NCBI GenBank assembly: GCA_965649765.1
Contig: OZ287751.1
Span: 21,762,001 to 21,826,000 of the forward strand
From: Bispira polyomma
Lineage: Eukaryota
Direction of reading: 5' to 3'
DNA length: 64,000 bases
Below the pieces are notes generated by a model. That model was not told where the DNA came from. It ran no database searches and was given only the letters and a program-made list of their open reading frames with translations. The position numbers and the translations under genes are program-made. Position 1 is the first letter of the stretch, and each line of letters opens with the position of its first letter. Below are positions 24,698-37,159 of this stretch, piece after piece.

Positions 24698-25143
24698 AAT
24701 ATCACATGTGTGTGTAATTGGTCATCAAACGGTTATATGGAACTGAACCATTATAATATTAGTTCATAGTACTCTTAGAAATATATTACTGTGAAGACGC
24801 TTATTCAAGTTGGAAAATCTTCTGTATGTGTATGTTTACACTGCCCTCTTCCCCCTTTACCCCGCCTCTGTAAAGGTAGAGTCACGTAATTAAGCATCAA
24901 ACCTGGCTGTGTTTTTCATAAAGCCATTGTCTCATGTTGGCGGTATGGAGAGGCGGTTCGGGGTGGTACACATATCTCCCGGTAGCGGCGGTACTTTTAT
25001 CTCGACTGTATCAATACCGCATCTGAAATAACATAACCCTTTGTAACCGGCCATGTCAGGTGATGGATTTGAACATGTCCAAAGTTTCGACCTCCGCCAA
25101 AGCCTTGTGTTTTCGGCCGTTTCTGACTCATTTCGATATTTCC

Positions 25144-25144
<1 letters not shown>

Positions 25145-25225
<81 letters not shown>
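25145..25225. repeat. (TA)n microsatellite, ~40 units
   Basis: Direct observation. Confidence 0.95.
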
Positions 25226-25228
<3 letters not shown>

Positions 25229-27262
25229 TCACTAATGTAACTATCCCTGTAATTCCGTGCATTTTTGAGTATTTCTGATTTGCTACTGTAAGTCTAGTGT
25301 AATAACATCGTCTTTTCCCGTCTGTAAAACTTATCTAGAGTTTCAGGGGATATTGTACTTTGTATATTTGGAAGAGACAATTTAATAGGCGGTAGGACAA
25401 GTTACAGTATGTTCTGCTACCTTCTGGTACCGCTCACCATACCAGTAATATGTGACCGAGGCATTATTATATCCTTGAGTGAATATAATGAAGACTTCGT
25501 CATAAAATAATGATTGGGAGGGGAAATCAGCACACGCGGTGGTTCGTCCTGAAAAATCAATATAGATTCTACGTTCTCGTACAAATGTACGTAGTATAGT
25601 CTGTGTCACCTCAGAAGAGTAATTGAACAAATGCTGTGGAACACTACCAATTAAAGCCCATTCATCTCCATCCAATGGTCGGCCACAGCAATCCACAAAC
25701 AACACGAGACTTAGTTGTGAGGAAGGAGGGGATGAAAGTAGTTATAGGTTTGTGTGATTAATAAATAGACGTGGAAGAAAAAGCAGATTGCCTCTAGCAG
25801 TGGTAATTCGAGCAAATAACGGAGAAGATATATATGTCGTAATGCAAAGACAAATCACATAATGTAATAACTGCAAATGATTGGAATGTGGTTTGAATTA
25901 CTCCCTGTTTTATATAAATGACTTATTTGGTTTCTTGTTTTGTAATTTCTGCAGATAATGTGCTACTGTCAAAGCAAGAAAAAAAAACATCACAAAAAGT
26001 TGTTGTAGTAATTGATGGGGAAGATTTTATCAGCAAAATCTGAGTTAATACCAGTTAACAGATATTGTATTCACTCATATATTATCAAGACTGGTCTGGA
26101 TAGACTGTCTATATGTTGTACATACTGTTGTACATATTTTTTTAGGTGAGGGGGGGATAAAAATTTTGATTCTGGTGAAAATCAAGTTTCGACTCATACA
26201 TACATGAATTATAGGATATCAAAAGCTGTGTTATTGAAGTGTGTTAGTAATTACTGGCTATGATTACAGCTGATTGTAAAAGTAAAGGGCATTAACAAAA
26301 TACCTCTAGACTAGCTTGGAGGCACACACATCAAACAAAAGGATATCATTTCTTTGTGGCTCTCTCTTCAAGAAATTATAGCCTTACTCCTTTTTGGGGG
26401 CTATTTCTTTATGAAAAAGTGACGATATTTTATGCTGTGGACTTTTTGGACGGTAAGTTAGTTTTCTTGCTGATTTGAAACAGTAATGGGAATATTTCCC
26501 CGGTTCTTTGATTCTTAAGTGAGAGCTAAAATATCATTATTTACTTGTTCCTGTTCACTGCTCTTTTTTTTTTTTGAGGAGGGGGGGGGGTGGGGGTCGA
26601 GTTCCCCACCTTCCTCTGGATGCAGTCAAAGCAAATCAAATTTTTTTTGATACAGGACAGTTATATAAATTCTTCCTGCACATGTAAGTTTCTTGTTTAA
26701 AAGCCTTGTTAGAAATGAGTGCTGGCATGTAGACCGAGTATTCTGCCACCAGTGACAGCTTTTTTTCAACTAATGGATGGCCATCATCAAAATGATAGCA
26801 AGGAATCTCGCCAAATGGGACAGATTATTCGTTCTAGCTGATATGCTGACATCTATTTATTGTGGTATAAAGAGCTTTGCCTACTTGCAGTAGGTTGGTG
26901 GTTTACAATGACTTCAGCACGGGTTTCCTAAACCACTAAACCTGGCCATTGCAATATGACCAAACAAAACTGTGGAAAGCTACGTCAAAATCCAATAAAT
27001 AAAGAGCATTGACTAATACAGAGTTTTGCTGTCACATTTTGATTCACTGGTGTAGGTGTCTTTATTTATAGTTCTCAACATGATGATAATAATTCTCTCA
27101 AAATATCGCCTCTCTTGATCGAATATTTGATAAGCCTTAAACACTATTCAAGTTCTAAGATTATATTGTGAAATTAACAAATTCTGTTTTCCTATCCTTA
27201 AAACTCTAGCTAATCTAGATCAAGGTTTTACTAAATCTAGATCAAGGTTTTACTAACACAGT

Positions 27263-27799
27263 TATAACGCGTAGAGCTGCCAATGTTTGTTTTTTTTTGT
27301 TATTCTAAATTTTTTTAAATTTAATTGACTTTTATATTCAAGTTAATAAAACGTATCTCCAATTTACTAACTTGAATTTTCAAGTAAATAACTTGAATAT
27401 TAAATTTACCTAATTTGTATTATCAAGTTATCTAATTTAAATATTCAAGTTATTTAACTTCAATATTTAAGTGATCTATAACATGTATATTTAAGTTAAT
27501 ACCTTGTATATTCAGGTTACCTAACTCATATGCAATGTATATATATTCAAATTACAGGTAACTTGAATTTAACAGTTAGGTAACTTAAATATACGACTTA
27601 GTAACTTGAAGTTAGATAACCTGAATAAATGAGTTAGATAACCTAATGAATATATAAGTTACTAACTCAAATATATGAGTTAAGTAACCAGAATATATGA
27701 GTTACTAACTTCAATATATGAGTTACTAACTTAAATTTATGAGTTACTAACTTGAATATATGAGTTAGCTGACTTAAATATTCAGCTCTACGCTGCCAT
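27263..27799. mobile_element. Foldback-like MITE with short TIRs and internal ~20-bp repeat arrays
   Basis: Ends TATAACGCGTAGAGCTG / CAGCTCTACGCTGCCATA. Interior built from TAACTTGAATAT / ATTCAAGTTA / GAGTTAC units. Confidence 0.7.
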
Positions 27800-28875
27800 A
27801 GTTTATGATAGTTTTGACAGAGCTAATTTAGGTATATCCCTTATAAACAGGTCAGGGTCCTGTAAGACTAGAACACAATTAAGCCTTTGGCATTTTCTTC
27901 TGACGTAGAAAACTACACAGGCAGTCGTAAATACTAATCAGGGTTATAATGCCAGTTGACAGATGATACGATTGATTTTTGTAGCACGCCCTAATTGATG
28001 CCAGGCACCTTTTAAGATGTATCTTCATCGACAAAGTTGTTCAAATCTTAGTGTGTTTCCAATGCAAAACATACATTTTTATTGACATGTACATGGATAT
28101 CGCTGAAATAACTTTAGATAAGTGACATTTCTGTGTAGGTAGTATTAGGAAGGCCTATGTTATACTACACTGCTATATTGTGGACAAATTATTTGTAAAG
28201 CAATATAGCCCCTGATTGTTAGCTTTATCAGTAATATATTTCCACCCCAAAGCCAGCTTCATTGCCATGTAGCTCTTAAGTTTGTTTTTGCTTTTCCTTC
28301 TCAGCTATAAAGTGTGATCAATCACCCTTTTTTTATTTGAAAAAAAAAACACACACAAAAAAAAAATTTTTAACAACAAAACTGTTTTTATGTTTCTTTA
28401 TAAAAATGCTACTTGTCGATTTTATGTTTCTTTATTAGAATGCACAGTGACAAAACGTTCATATCCATTAAGCAGTTTTAGATTCATAAACATTTTTCTC
28501 TGTTATGTGCTTGTGGGGAAAGTGCCACTGATGGAAGCCAAGTGCTTTAAAAGGTAAGGCTTCTGTTTTCATTGCTTCCATCACCCCTGGATGGAGTGGG
28601 AATTTTCTTCTTTTTACAAAGGACACACGTTGCCAATCAAAGGCCAGGATTTATTGACAAATGCGGTATTAAATTGCACTGTTCAAAAGATCGCCCGCCC
28701 CAACCCCCCCTCCTCTCATGCCACAGAAGTGGACGGAATGGCTTGACAGCACCTATATATAAATGTACAGAAATAGAAAACCCCAGACTGGATTTTAGGA
28801 GAACATGTTTTATTTTGCTGTGCATGGTTTTTATACATGCATTATATCAGTGGCAAATCTCTGTTTTTCTAGATA

Positions 28876-29046
28876 CAGTGAAACCCTGTTAAATACAATC
28901 TGAGGTGACCATAACAAATTGTTCTACTTTACAGAAATTCTACTCAGCAGGGTCAATTTTAATTAGAAATATAGCAACACCTTACAGTAGCTTCTGCTTA
29001 ATAGGTAATTCCACTTATCAGAGTTCTACTTCAATGATGTTGACTG
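28876..29046. mobile_element. Tc1/mariner-pogo (Tigger-like) MITE, family B; related copies at ~37975-38130, 44778-44935, 46726-46880, 47673-47829, 47900-48032, 55260-55400, 57200-57300
   Basis: TA-CAGT(G/C)AAAC...TTGACTG termini with repeated internal TTCTACTT/AAGTAGAA and TTCCACTT/AAGTGGAA motifs. Confidence 0.7.
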
Positions 29047-30783
29047 CATATGCTTATGGTTGTCAGGGATTAGATAGTTAGCTTTAGTAATATGTGTTCC
29101 ATTAATATGATCTGTTGGAAGTATTTTAATGTCTAAAACAATGGCAGTAATAGTAACATGAATCAAGGTATTAGAGCATTAAGTGAAGATTTGGACACTG
29201 CTCGTGACTGGCCATAATGTGTTGAACTGGGACAAAATGATAAATCTTGGTACTCAAACTCCCTGAAATGTTCAAACCTGTACTTTCTCCTACTTTTTTT
29301 GTGCGTGTCGTGGTTTGATCTGTATTTTATGTGCCTTTACATTTAAAAAGACTAAGACTTAGTAAATAGTAGATTTCAGTAGATGTCAATTGTCCAAATA
29401 ACCCACAAGCTTTGGTTCTACTTAGTTATTATAGCTCACCTAACTACTTATAGCTAATTTATAATTAGTATTGTTAATGGTTAACTAGGACCAGACAATT
29501 GGTTTTATGTTTTGGGGAAATTAGACTTATACTGGTTCTATACTTACAAAAAAACAACCCCAAAAACACAATTCCATGGTATTTTATTCACAATCTCTTG
29601 TGTAGCCCTGCAAAAAAAGTTTCTTGAGATTCCAATTGAAAATCTGTAGCTAAGGCGTCAATTCAGTAACCCTGCTATTGCTGTTTCCCCCATCTTTAGC
29701 AATCCAGATCACTTGTCACGCACACCAGTCCCCCATTTGTTTTTTGCCTTCCTAACAAAATGGTTGACGTGTACTTTGGGCCTGGTTGAATTGCCTTGCC
29801 AAGGTCACCTTGGTTTTTTTTTATAGGAAGTGGGTACTTGTTCTCCAACTTACGGGTTGGTGAAAAACTCAGGAGGAGGGGAAGGGGGGGGGGGGGGGGG
29901 CGAGGGGGGAGGGGTTTGTATGTGTCGTGATAGAAATTCCAATCTGACAAGATTTCAAAATTCTGTGGACAGAAACTTGACAGAAACTCTAATCTTAGTT
30001 TATTCTTTACTAGCTGCATGATTAATCAGGATTTGAATTAATGAAAGAAAATAAAAGAATCTATACTGCTGAAATTCCTGTATAAGATGTACTTTAATGG
30101 ACCCAATAATAGCCGTCTATTTCAAACAGAATTTTTTATTTGCTGATGGTCGCTTGTTTACAGTGTAGAATCTTGACTAACTAGTATACATTACACTGGC
30201 TACCTCCATCAGTGAAACCGTCCATCATGATATGACCTATACAATGTACATTGAAGATATGAATTTTTATGGGTTGACAAACATTATTTAGCCAATACTG
30301 TTATTCAAACTTTTTTCTTTGGGTGTAGAATTATTTGAGTCTATGAATCTATTATCCGAGAAATATTCTTGCTTACCTAATGTATTTTATGATGGTGGCC
30401 ATTTGTCTGTATATTTGGACAATAGATAACTTAGAAAGCAGAGGATTCTGTCGAGCTTTCATTCTTAGAGACTGTGACAAAGGGGTCTCTGATTCGTTCT
30501 TTATGACGTCTCAACTGTTGTTCTCTAAATTTCTCACACCCTCCCTCACGTCATCCTTTTAGAAGTCACTTTCTTCTGTAAAGTCACAGAGAGAGCCAGT
30601 TTTTTTCAGAGGGGAAGGCTGGAAGATTTTGTCTGTGTGTGTGTGTGGAAATCTGTTAAAAAAAACAATTCCAGAGTGACTATATATTGAGTCACACAAT
30701 TCACAGTCCCGCATTTATATATGTGTACAAGAGATTTTCTTATACACATAAAGAATAGATGTACACATACTGACATACCAATA

Positions 30784-30819
<36 letters not shown>

Positions 30820-31864
30820 TACAGATACAGAATTAATACAAATATAGTTGTATATACATTTACTGCATGGGCATTATAAAAGTGATGATTATTTGAATTC
30901 CTAAATTCAAACTTCCAGTCAAATGTGTGTGTGTTTTTTTTTGTTTTTGCAAAGCTGTGTACTTTAAGTTTTACACACGTCAAGCTTCCCTCTCGGAAGT
31001 TCCTGATTCATCACACTTCCTACTTCTATTCCTGAGTAGCTTAGTATTATTTTTTCTTGCTACTTGCCTCATTTCTGTTTTTCTCACCCATTTGTGATTG
31101 GATCTTTGCAGAAGGCTTTGCCTTAAGAACTAATGATTCTAATAGGAACTGATTTCAGTCTTGGTAATAAGAATGGGGGGGGGGGGGACAAGTCTGATTT
31201 AAGGTAATGGCAAGGGACAGCATGCTGTATTCACGCTAATTTAGCCTATCATTGCTGCTGGGCTAGCTCTTTTAAGGGGGGATTGGAAAGTTAGGAGGGG
31301 GAGGGGGGGGGGCGGGGGGGGGGGCGCAGAAGAGAAGGTTTTTGCCAATTTTTACAACCATAAAATAACCAACTGTTCTTTTTATTCAGTAGAGTGTGTT
31401 CTTGCGCCAGATTGCCATTGTCAAAGTACTTTACACAAAGTACTTTACACAAAGTTGTACCTCTCTAACCAGGTGTATAAATGGGTACCTGGTCAGCTAA
31501 TAGGTGTTAGAGTGAACAATTAGTTGACAAGTGGAAGAAACCCGGGCTTGGGGTGTAAACGGTGTACAGTGCTTTGAAAAAAGTGCCATATAAATGCAGA
31601 TTTGCAATTTACATTAGTTTGCGTGCAATCCGGTAAAAAGCAAGCATAATCTCCTTGCTGGGGGTACAAAATGGTTATATATCTTCTAAATATTGATGTC
31701 TAGGTATTGGTGTAGCACTGGGCTATTGTTGTGTACATGAAACCATCATTCCGACGGGTAGCCACTGTGAAAATGATTTGTATTAAGTAGTATCATATAC
31801 CAAAACACAATATTGGTTCGGTTGTATGTGGCTGATTTTATTTATTTAGAGATACCCAAGAAGT

Positions 31865-32090
31865 AGGTCTGTAATAGCCTAGTAGTTAGAAAGTTGGTCC
31901 GGTGATCAGAAGGTCCCCCTGTTTAATTCCCAGTGTGGTCTGGTGATTGGAAGTTCCTGGGTTCAACTCTTACTGAAGCCGCAAGAATAACTTCCTTGGG
32001 CCAGATCTGAACACGGCAACACGCCATTGCCTACTGATGACCCAGGCTATGTTGTAGGACTATCCTTTTCTGAGAATAAGTGCTTTAGAA
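31865..32090 (+). mobile_element. tRNA-derived SINE, with what appears to be a duplicated B-box segment
   Basis: A-box-like TAGCCTAGTAG; two B-box-like motifs (TGTTTAATTCCC, GGGTTCAACTCT); 'CCTTGGG' and 'GACCCAGGCT' central motifs. Confidence 0.5.
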
Positions 32091-34549
32091 GATGAAATTT
32101 ATGTTTAAAATTTATTTTTTCCCCCATTAAAAAAAACAGTAGTCACATACCTAACTATTGTAGTATATTATATCTTTCTTAAGGCAATCGCACAACAAAT
32201 AATGTGTGTATTTTGAATACTTTGAGCTTTTTCTGTTTGTAATGTCAATGCAACTTTTTTTTAATTTTTTTTTTTCCTCAGAAAAATAATAAACACAATA
32301 GGACCAAAAGTGTCTGCATACTTTTAGGACTAAATTCAGGACTGAATCCTTGTCAAGAAGTGAACTATAGTACAGCTGTATTCTTTCACCAAAGGATACA
32401 GCGTTGGAAAGTGAATAGTGTTAATCGTGGTAATCATTTGTGAATTACACAAGGTTGACCCAATTGTGCCGCTGAAAAATGGACGTCTAAGGGAACAGTT
32501 ATACTGTTTATTGATGGAAAATGACTCCATGTCAATTTGATGAGGTTCATATTTCAGTTGAGGTGAATGCTCTCTTTGTTGAAGCTCAGGGTTTCTTTTT
32601 TCTCAAAATCCATCCAAAACTTATAATTGCCAAACATAGGCTCATATTTGTATAGTTAAAATTGTCTTATGCAAGTTTAATTCATTAGATAATGAATTAA
32701 AGTTTTTATGATTTTGACAGTTTCTTGTGAAAAGTATTATTGTGATCCAATATATTGCAATAACTAAATAATAATAGAATATATCTGGAATATCGCAGCA
32801 TATCACAATACGATTATTCAGTACATTCATACACACCCTTAATATTAACTGCTTTATAAATCTCTTGCTCTAATTCAAGTTTGACCTCATTCTGAAAAAA
32901 AGAAAATGCCTCATTTCTCAGCTGCTGTGGACACTGTTACAAAATGTGCACCTGTTACATCTGATCTAATTAGTCTAGTTATAAGTGTGGAATTTCAGTA
33001 TGAAATCTGTGCCTATAAGACAGAGGAATGGAAAAAGTGTTTGAGTGGCAATATAGACTGATCCATATTCTGCCACTCAAGTAAGAGAAGTGGATAAACA
33101 GGAAAAAAATGTGAGGGCCTACAAACAGTGTCTACTTTGGGACTGACCTCTCCTATGTCTTTTGATGGCAGTAAATGTGAGGGCCTAATTGCATATAGTA
33201 ATTAGAAGGATCTAGGAACGGTTTGTACTTTGAGACTCCTCTCAGTGATGTCTTTTGATAGCTGAGTAGAAGGCTATAACGCCAATGTTATTGAGCGTCG
33301 GGTTGTCTTACACTCGTGTGTAACGTTAGACAGCATTTAAAATACTCAATACAACTGATGGTACATAATATAGGAGATTTTTTAATGTATGAATCGTTAT
33401 AATTCATTAAGTGTGTCAATTAATTTGGATGTGAAAACACAACAATAACAAGGGTTTGATGTAGTTGTTTTATTATCATCATTATAATACAACTTGTTTT
33501 TGATCTCAATTAAGCACAATGAGAGCAACGCAGTGTTTGACATCTTAATAGAAGCTTCATAAAATAGAAGAGGCATTTATTTAGTGTATATATAACAACA
33601 GAAAAATAGTAATTTGTGTGAAAGTGAGTTCGTGAAATTGGGATTCATAATGGACAATAGATAATCTAGTTAATGCATGTCTCTACCTCAATTGAAGTTG
33701 GATATTTCAGATACAAATGGCTTCATTATACATTTGTCACTACATATAAGCTGCTCACTGGTCAGATATAAGCCATGTTTGTCCTTATTCTCAGATCTAT
33801 ACCCCTGTAGCAGCTATCTAGTATTAGGAAATATTAAAATACAAAACATGATCAGTAAGGAATCTAAAATACACCACTCTATCTAAATTTCGCCATGCCT
33901 AAAATTTAAGCCAAATCAATCAAAACTGGCGAAAAATAAGTGGAACTTAAGTACGTAAGGCAGAATAGTAAAAAAAATATCAATTTCAGCAAATATTACC
34001 TACAATTTGACACCAAAAACACATTTTCTTTAGGTTGCGAATTTTAGATACAGTGGCGAATTTAGATTTCTTACACTACAAACATAATTATGAAGCAATA
34101 ATCTGCTGTGTAATTGAAAATATTTGTGTAAAATAGGAAATTTTTTATTTTACCCAATTTCCTTAGGTCCATAGGATCTTTGAGATGGTATATATTCCAG
34201 TCTCCCCATTTATAATAATAGTAATCTTTAATCTCGTATACATGAAACATGATACAGAAAGAAAAAAAAATTATAAACACAATATACAATTTAAACAGAG
34301 AAGTAGGGAAAAAACATAAAAAAACACCAATTACAATTTGAACAGAACGCAACACCTTATGACTAAACATTTTTTTTCTTACGGACACAGGAGATCATTT
34401 CATTTATCTCAGACAAAGTAAGCATAGTGTTTTTTGATTAATTTTTTTTTATTAATATTTTTTTTTAAATTATTGTTTTCACTCTGAAATATTTCTCACA
34501 CTATGTGCCTGTGTCTTTAAAAAAAAGGTAACTCTTGTTTTGTCAATGG

Positions 34550-34753
34550 GTGAAAATAAAGTGCAGGCCTTTAAAACAGACAAATCAGCTGCAAACTGAT
34601 ACCTTGCTTACCTGATTGGTTTTCTACACAAACAGACAAAAAAATAACAGAAATAAGAACAGAAATATTATACAGGGGAAATCAATAACCTAGATGAACC
34701 TGAGTCATTTCTTGTTCACTGTGGTTTTGATTTCTGTCAAGACTGGATTGTTC
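34550..34753 (+). repeat. Left arm of a ~200-bp inverted repeat pair flanking the first RGK coding exon
   Basis: GTGAAAATAAAGTGCAGGCCTT..AAACAGACA.ATCAGCTGCAAACTGATACCTTG..ATTGGTTTTCTACACAAAC... matches the reverse complement of 38210-38409. Confidence 0.9.
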
Positions 34754-34932
34754 AGCGAATGAAACAATGCCATCATTTTTACCGATTTGGTCATTATTTC
34801 AGTTATAGAATTTTTGTTATATAAAGTGATCACAAGTTTAACAGAGGTGGAATAGATCTTATCATTTGACATTTATAATATCAGTAAGAGACTAAGTAGA
34901 CACATGTCAAATATAAAAAGGATATTCATATG

Positions 34933-35116
34933 CAGTAGACTCAGTACGAGTGGAACCAGTGTAAGTCGAATTTATGTGTAAGTGTAACCTGAGTTCTGAG
35001 GCATCAACATCAGAAAATGCTGTATATTTGCAAGGTATAAGCGCAAGCTAACAAGCTATAACTAGAACCAAATCCTGTGGATATTTGAGGTTCTAGATCT
35101 ACATTTAGTCTGCTGT
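34933..35116 (-). mobile_element. Degenerate, inverted copy of the MITE at 45648-45820
   Basis: Shared ACATCAGAAAATGCTGTAT and TATAACTAGAACCAAATC segments in reverse orientation. Confidence 0.7.
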
Positions 35117-35742
35117 CAATTAGTGAATGTTTGGTAAATGGTAGCATATTGTTGTTACTTGTCAGTGAAAAAAACTGTCGGATGGTTTAACAGCAATCAG
35201 ACTTTGAAATTGTCAGGCAGACTAAAGACTTTCTCGGGAGTGGGTATAATCCACATTTAGAAAATATAGGTACTGTTGTGTAGCAACTTCTGCATGTAAA
35301 AAGATTCAAGATTTTTAAAAGATACCTAAATAGTTCTTAGTAATAAGTAATAAATGGTTTTTGTGTCAAGCCTGCGAGCGAATACTTGGTACTTGTACTG
35401 TTAAAAGTACTTACTTTATAGTATTTTTAATTTTAGGTATAAAGTACTGTCAATTACGTTCCAATTACACCGTACATCTAGATTTTAAACAGCAACAAAT
35501 TAGAATTTTATTTAAAGTTTATATTTGTAGAGAAAACTTTATAAAAATAAAAAACATTTTCTTGTCAAAGTGGATCTTTTTAAACTGGCTACAACTCTGT
35601 GGTTTCTAGTGACATTATATTGGACAGATATTAATAAATAAATTTAAGTGAACACTGTACACCTAGGGCCGGCCATATTCTTATATGTGAACTCTGCTTA
35701 ACTTCATACTCAACTCAAATCTGGATTATCTTCTAATGACTC

Positions 35743-35854
35743 AGGGCTCATATTCACGAAGAAACTTAGCCAGGTCTTAGGCCTAAATCTATCACAAAAG
35801 TATACTGATTTAAACCCAATACTTGGCTAAGTCTCTCCATGAATATGGGCCCTG
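35743..35854. mobile_element. Short hairpin-type MITE; similar element at ~46147-46430
   Basis: CAGGGCTCATATTCACGAAGAAACTTAGCCA ... TGGCTAAGTCTCTCCATGAATATGGGCCCTG inverted ends. Confidence 0.65.
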
Positions 35855-36093
35855 GATACAGTAAACATGTCTAAAATCTTACTTGTTATTTAAATTCAGT
35901 GTTTAAAAACCCTATTGAAATGAATGGTCACAAGTATATGTTATTTCCATGCACAACGATTTTCCTGTAGCCTACATTTCAGTTTAGTATGAGTTTAAGC
36001 ATGAGTTTATTTTGATAATACCAGCCCAGAAGTACATTGGAAGATTTAGACTGTTATAGTTTGTTTTTTTCTGTGTTGTAGCGTTACTGAGCA

Positions 36094-37159
36094 ATGAGGC
36101 TTGATGACCACAGTGACTTTAACATGACAACGTACCAAGATGAATTCGACTTATACTTTGCGCGGGCGAAGCTTGATGAGGAGATGGCCCGAGAGCAACA
36201 GGAAGTGTCCGCAGTAGGCGACGCCGCAAATCGCCGCGGAAGCCTGCCGGGAGAGATGGTAGTACAGTTAGAGGTGCCCACGCATCACCGTCGGGCTTTG
36301 TCCTGCAAGCTGCCTGCCAGGAAGAAGTCCAAAAAAGGCAGCAGCAAGTCACCCCGGGAGTCGACACCCGTTATCGACCCCCACCCACGAACGGAGCAGC
36401 ATGGGGGCAATAGGGAACAGTTAGGCTCAGTGTCGCCCAGGAAGTTATCGGTGGACAGACTGTCCGTCACAGCCACCGGTGGCGGCTGCGGCAGGGGGGA
36501 TGAAGATGAGGAGGATGAGGAGGTCCAACAACAAGGGATCAGCATGAACTATATCACCGAGACCACACTGAGAGCGCCCAGTCCACGCATGATGGGCAAG
36601 TGCCAGTCTGCACCCCACAGCAGGTCCAGCTCCTGGAAGAACCAGCGCCGACCCAGTAGGAGCCTAAAGCAGAAGACCTCTAATACTACCACAGACTACT
36701 CCCAATACAACAACGGCAACAACGGAGAAGACTCGCCGGGGGGCGGCTCCAGCGGACACGGCAGCGTGACACATTTCGAGGAGGAGGTCACCAAAAAACT
36801 AGAACAGTTAAAGCTGCTACAAGCCGAAGATGTGTGCGTGGTGAGGAACTTCAGTACGTCGTCCAGAGGCCTCATCAACAGGGGCGACTCCTTCAAACGC
36901 AAACCCAGAAGCTCCACAGCCAGCATCACCTCGGACGGAGGTGGGAGTGGTGGTGCTGGTGGGGGTGTTGTATCCCCTGGTGGTGGTGTTGGTTGTGGTA
37001 GGGGGCGCCACTTGAGTGTGGGCAGTCAGGGATCGTCCGCGGAAACTCCTCCGCCCATTCAGAAAGTGCTGGTGGTGGGAGACCGTCGAGTGGGGAAGAC
37101 TGCCTTGCTGCAACAGTTCATGACCTCAACCTATATGGGTGCTGTGGAGACTAGTTTTG
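36094..37159 (+). CDS. Rgk: RGK coding exon 1 (long low-complexity N-terminus plus P-loop); exon begins at 36082
   Basis: Acceptor TTTTCTGTGTTGTAG|36082; in-frame TGA two codons before the ATG; donor TTTG|GTGAGT. Confidence 0.9.

Noticed and set aside
25053-25278. ORFs with YIYIYI repeats (also 30606-30983 and 61817-62167)
   Set aside because: Artefacts of (TA)n microsatellites.
36084-37113. Several antisense ORFs over the RGK first coding exon
   Set aside because: By-products of GC-rich coding sequence on the opposite strand; no independent evidence.
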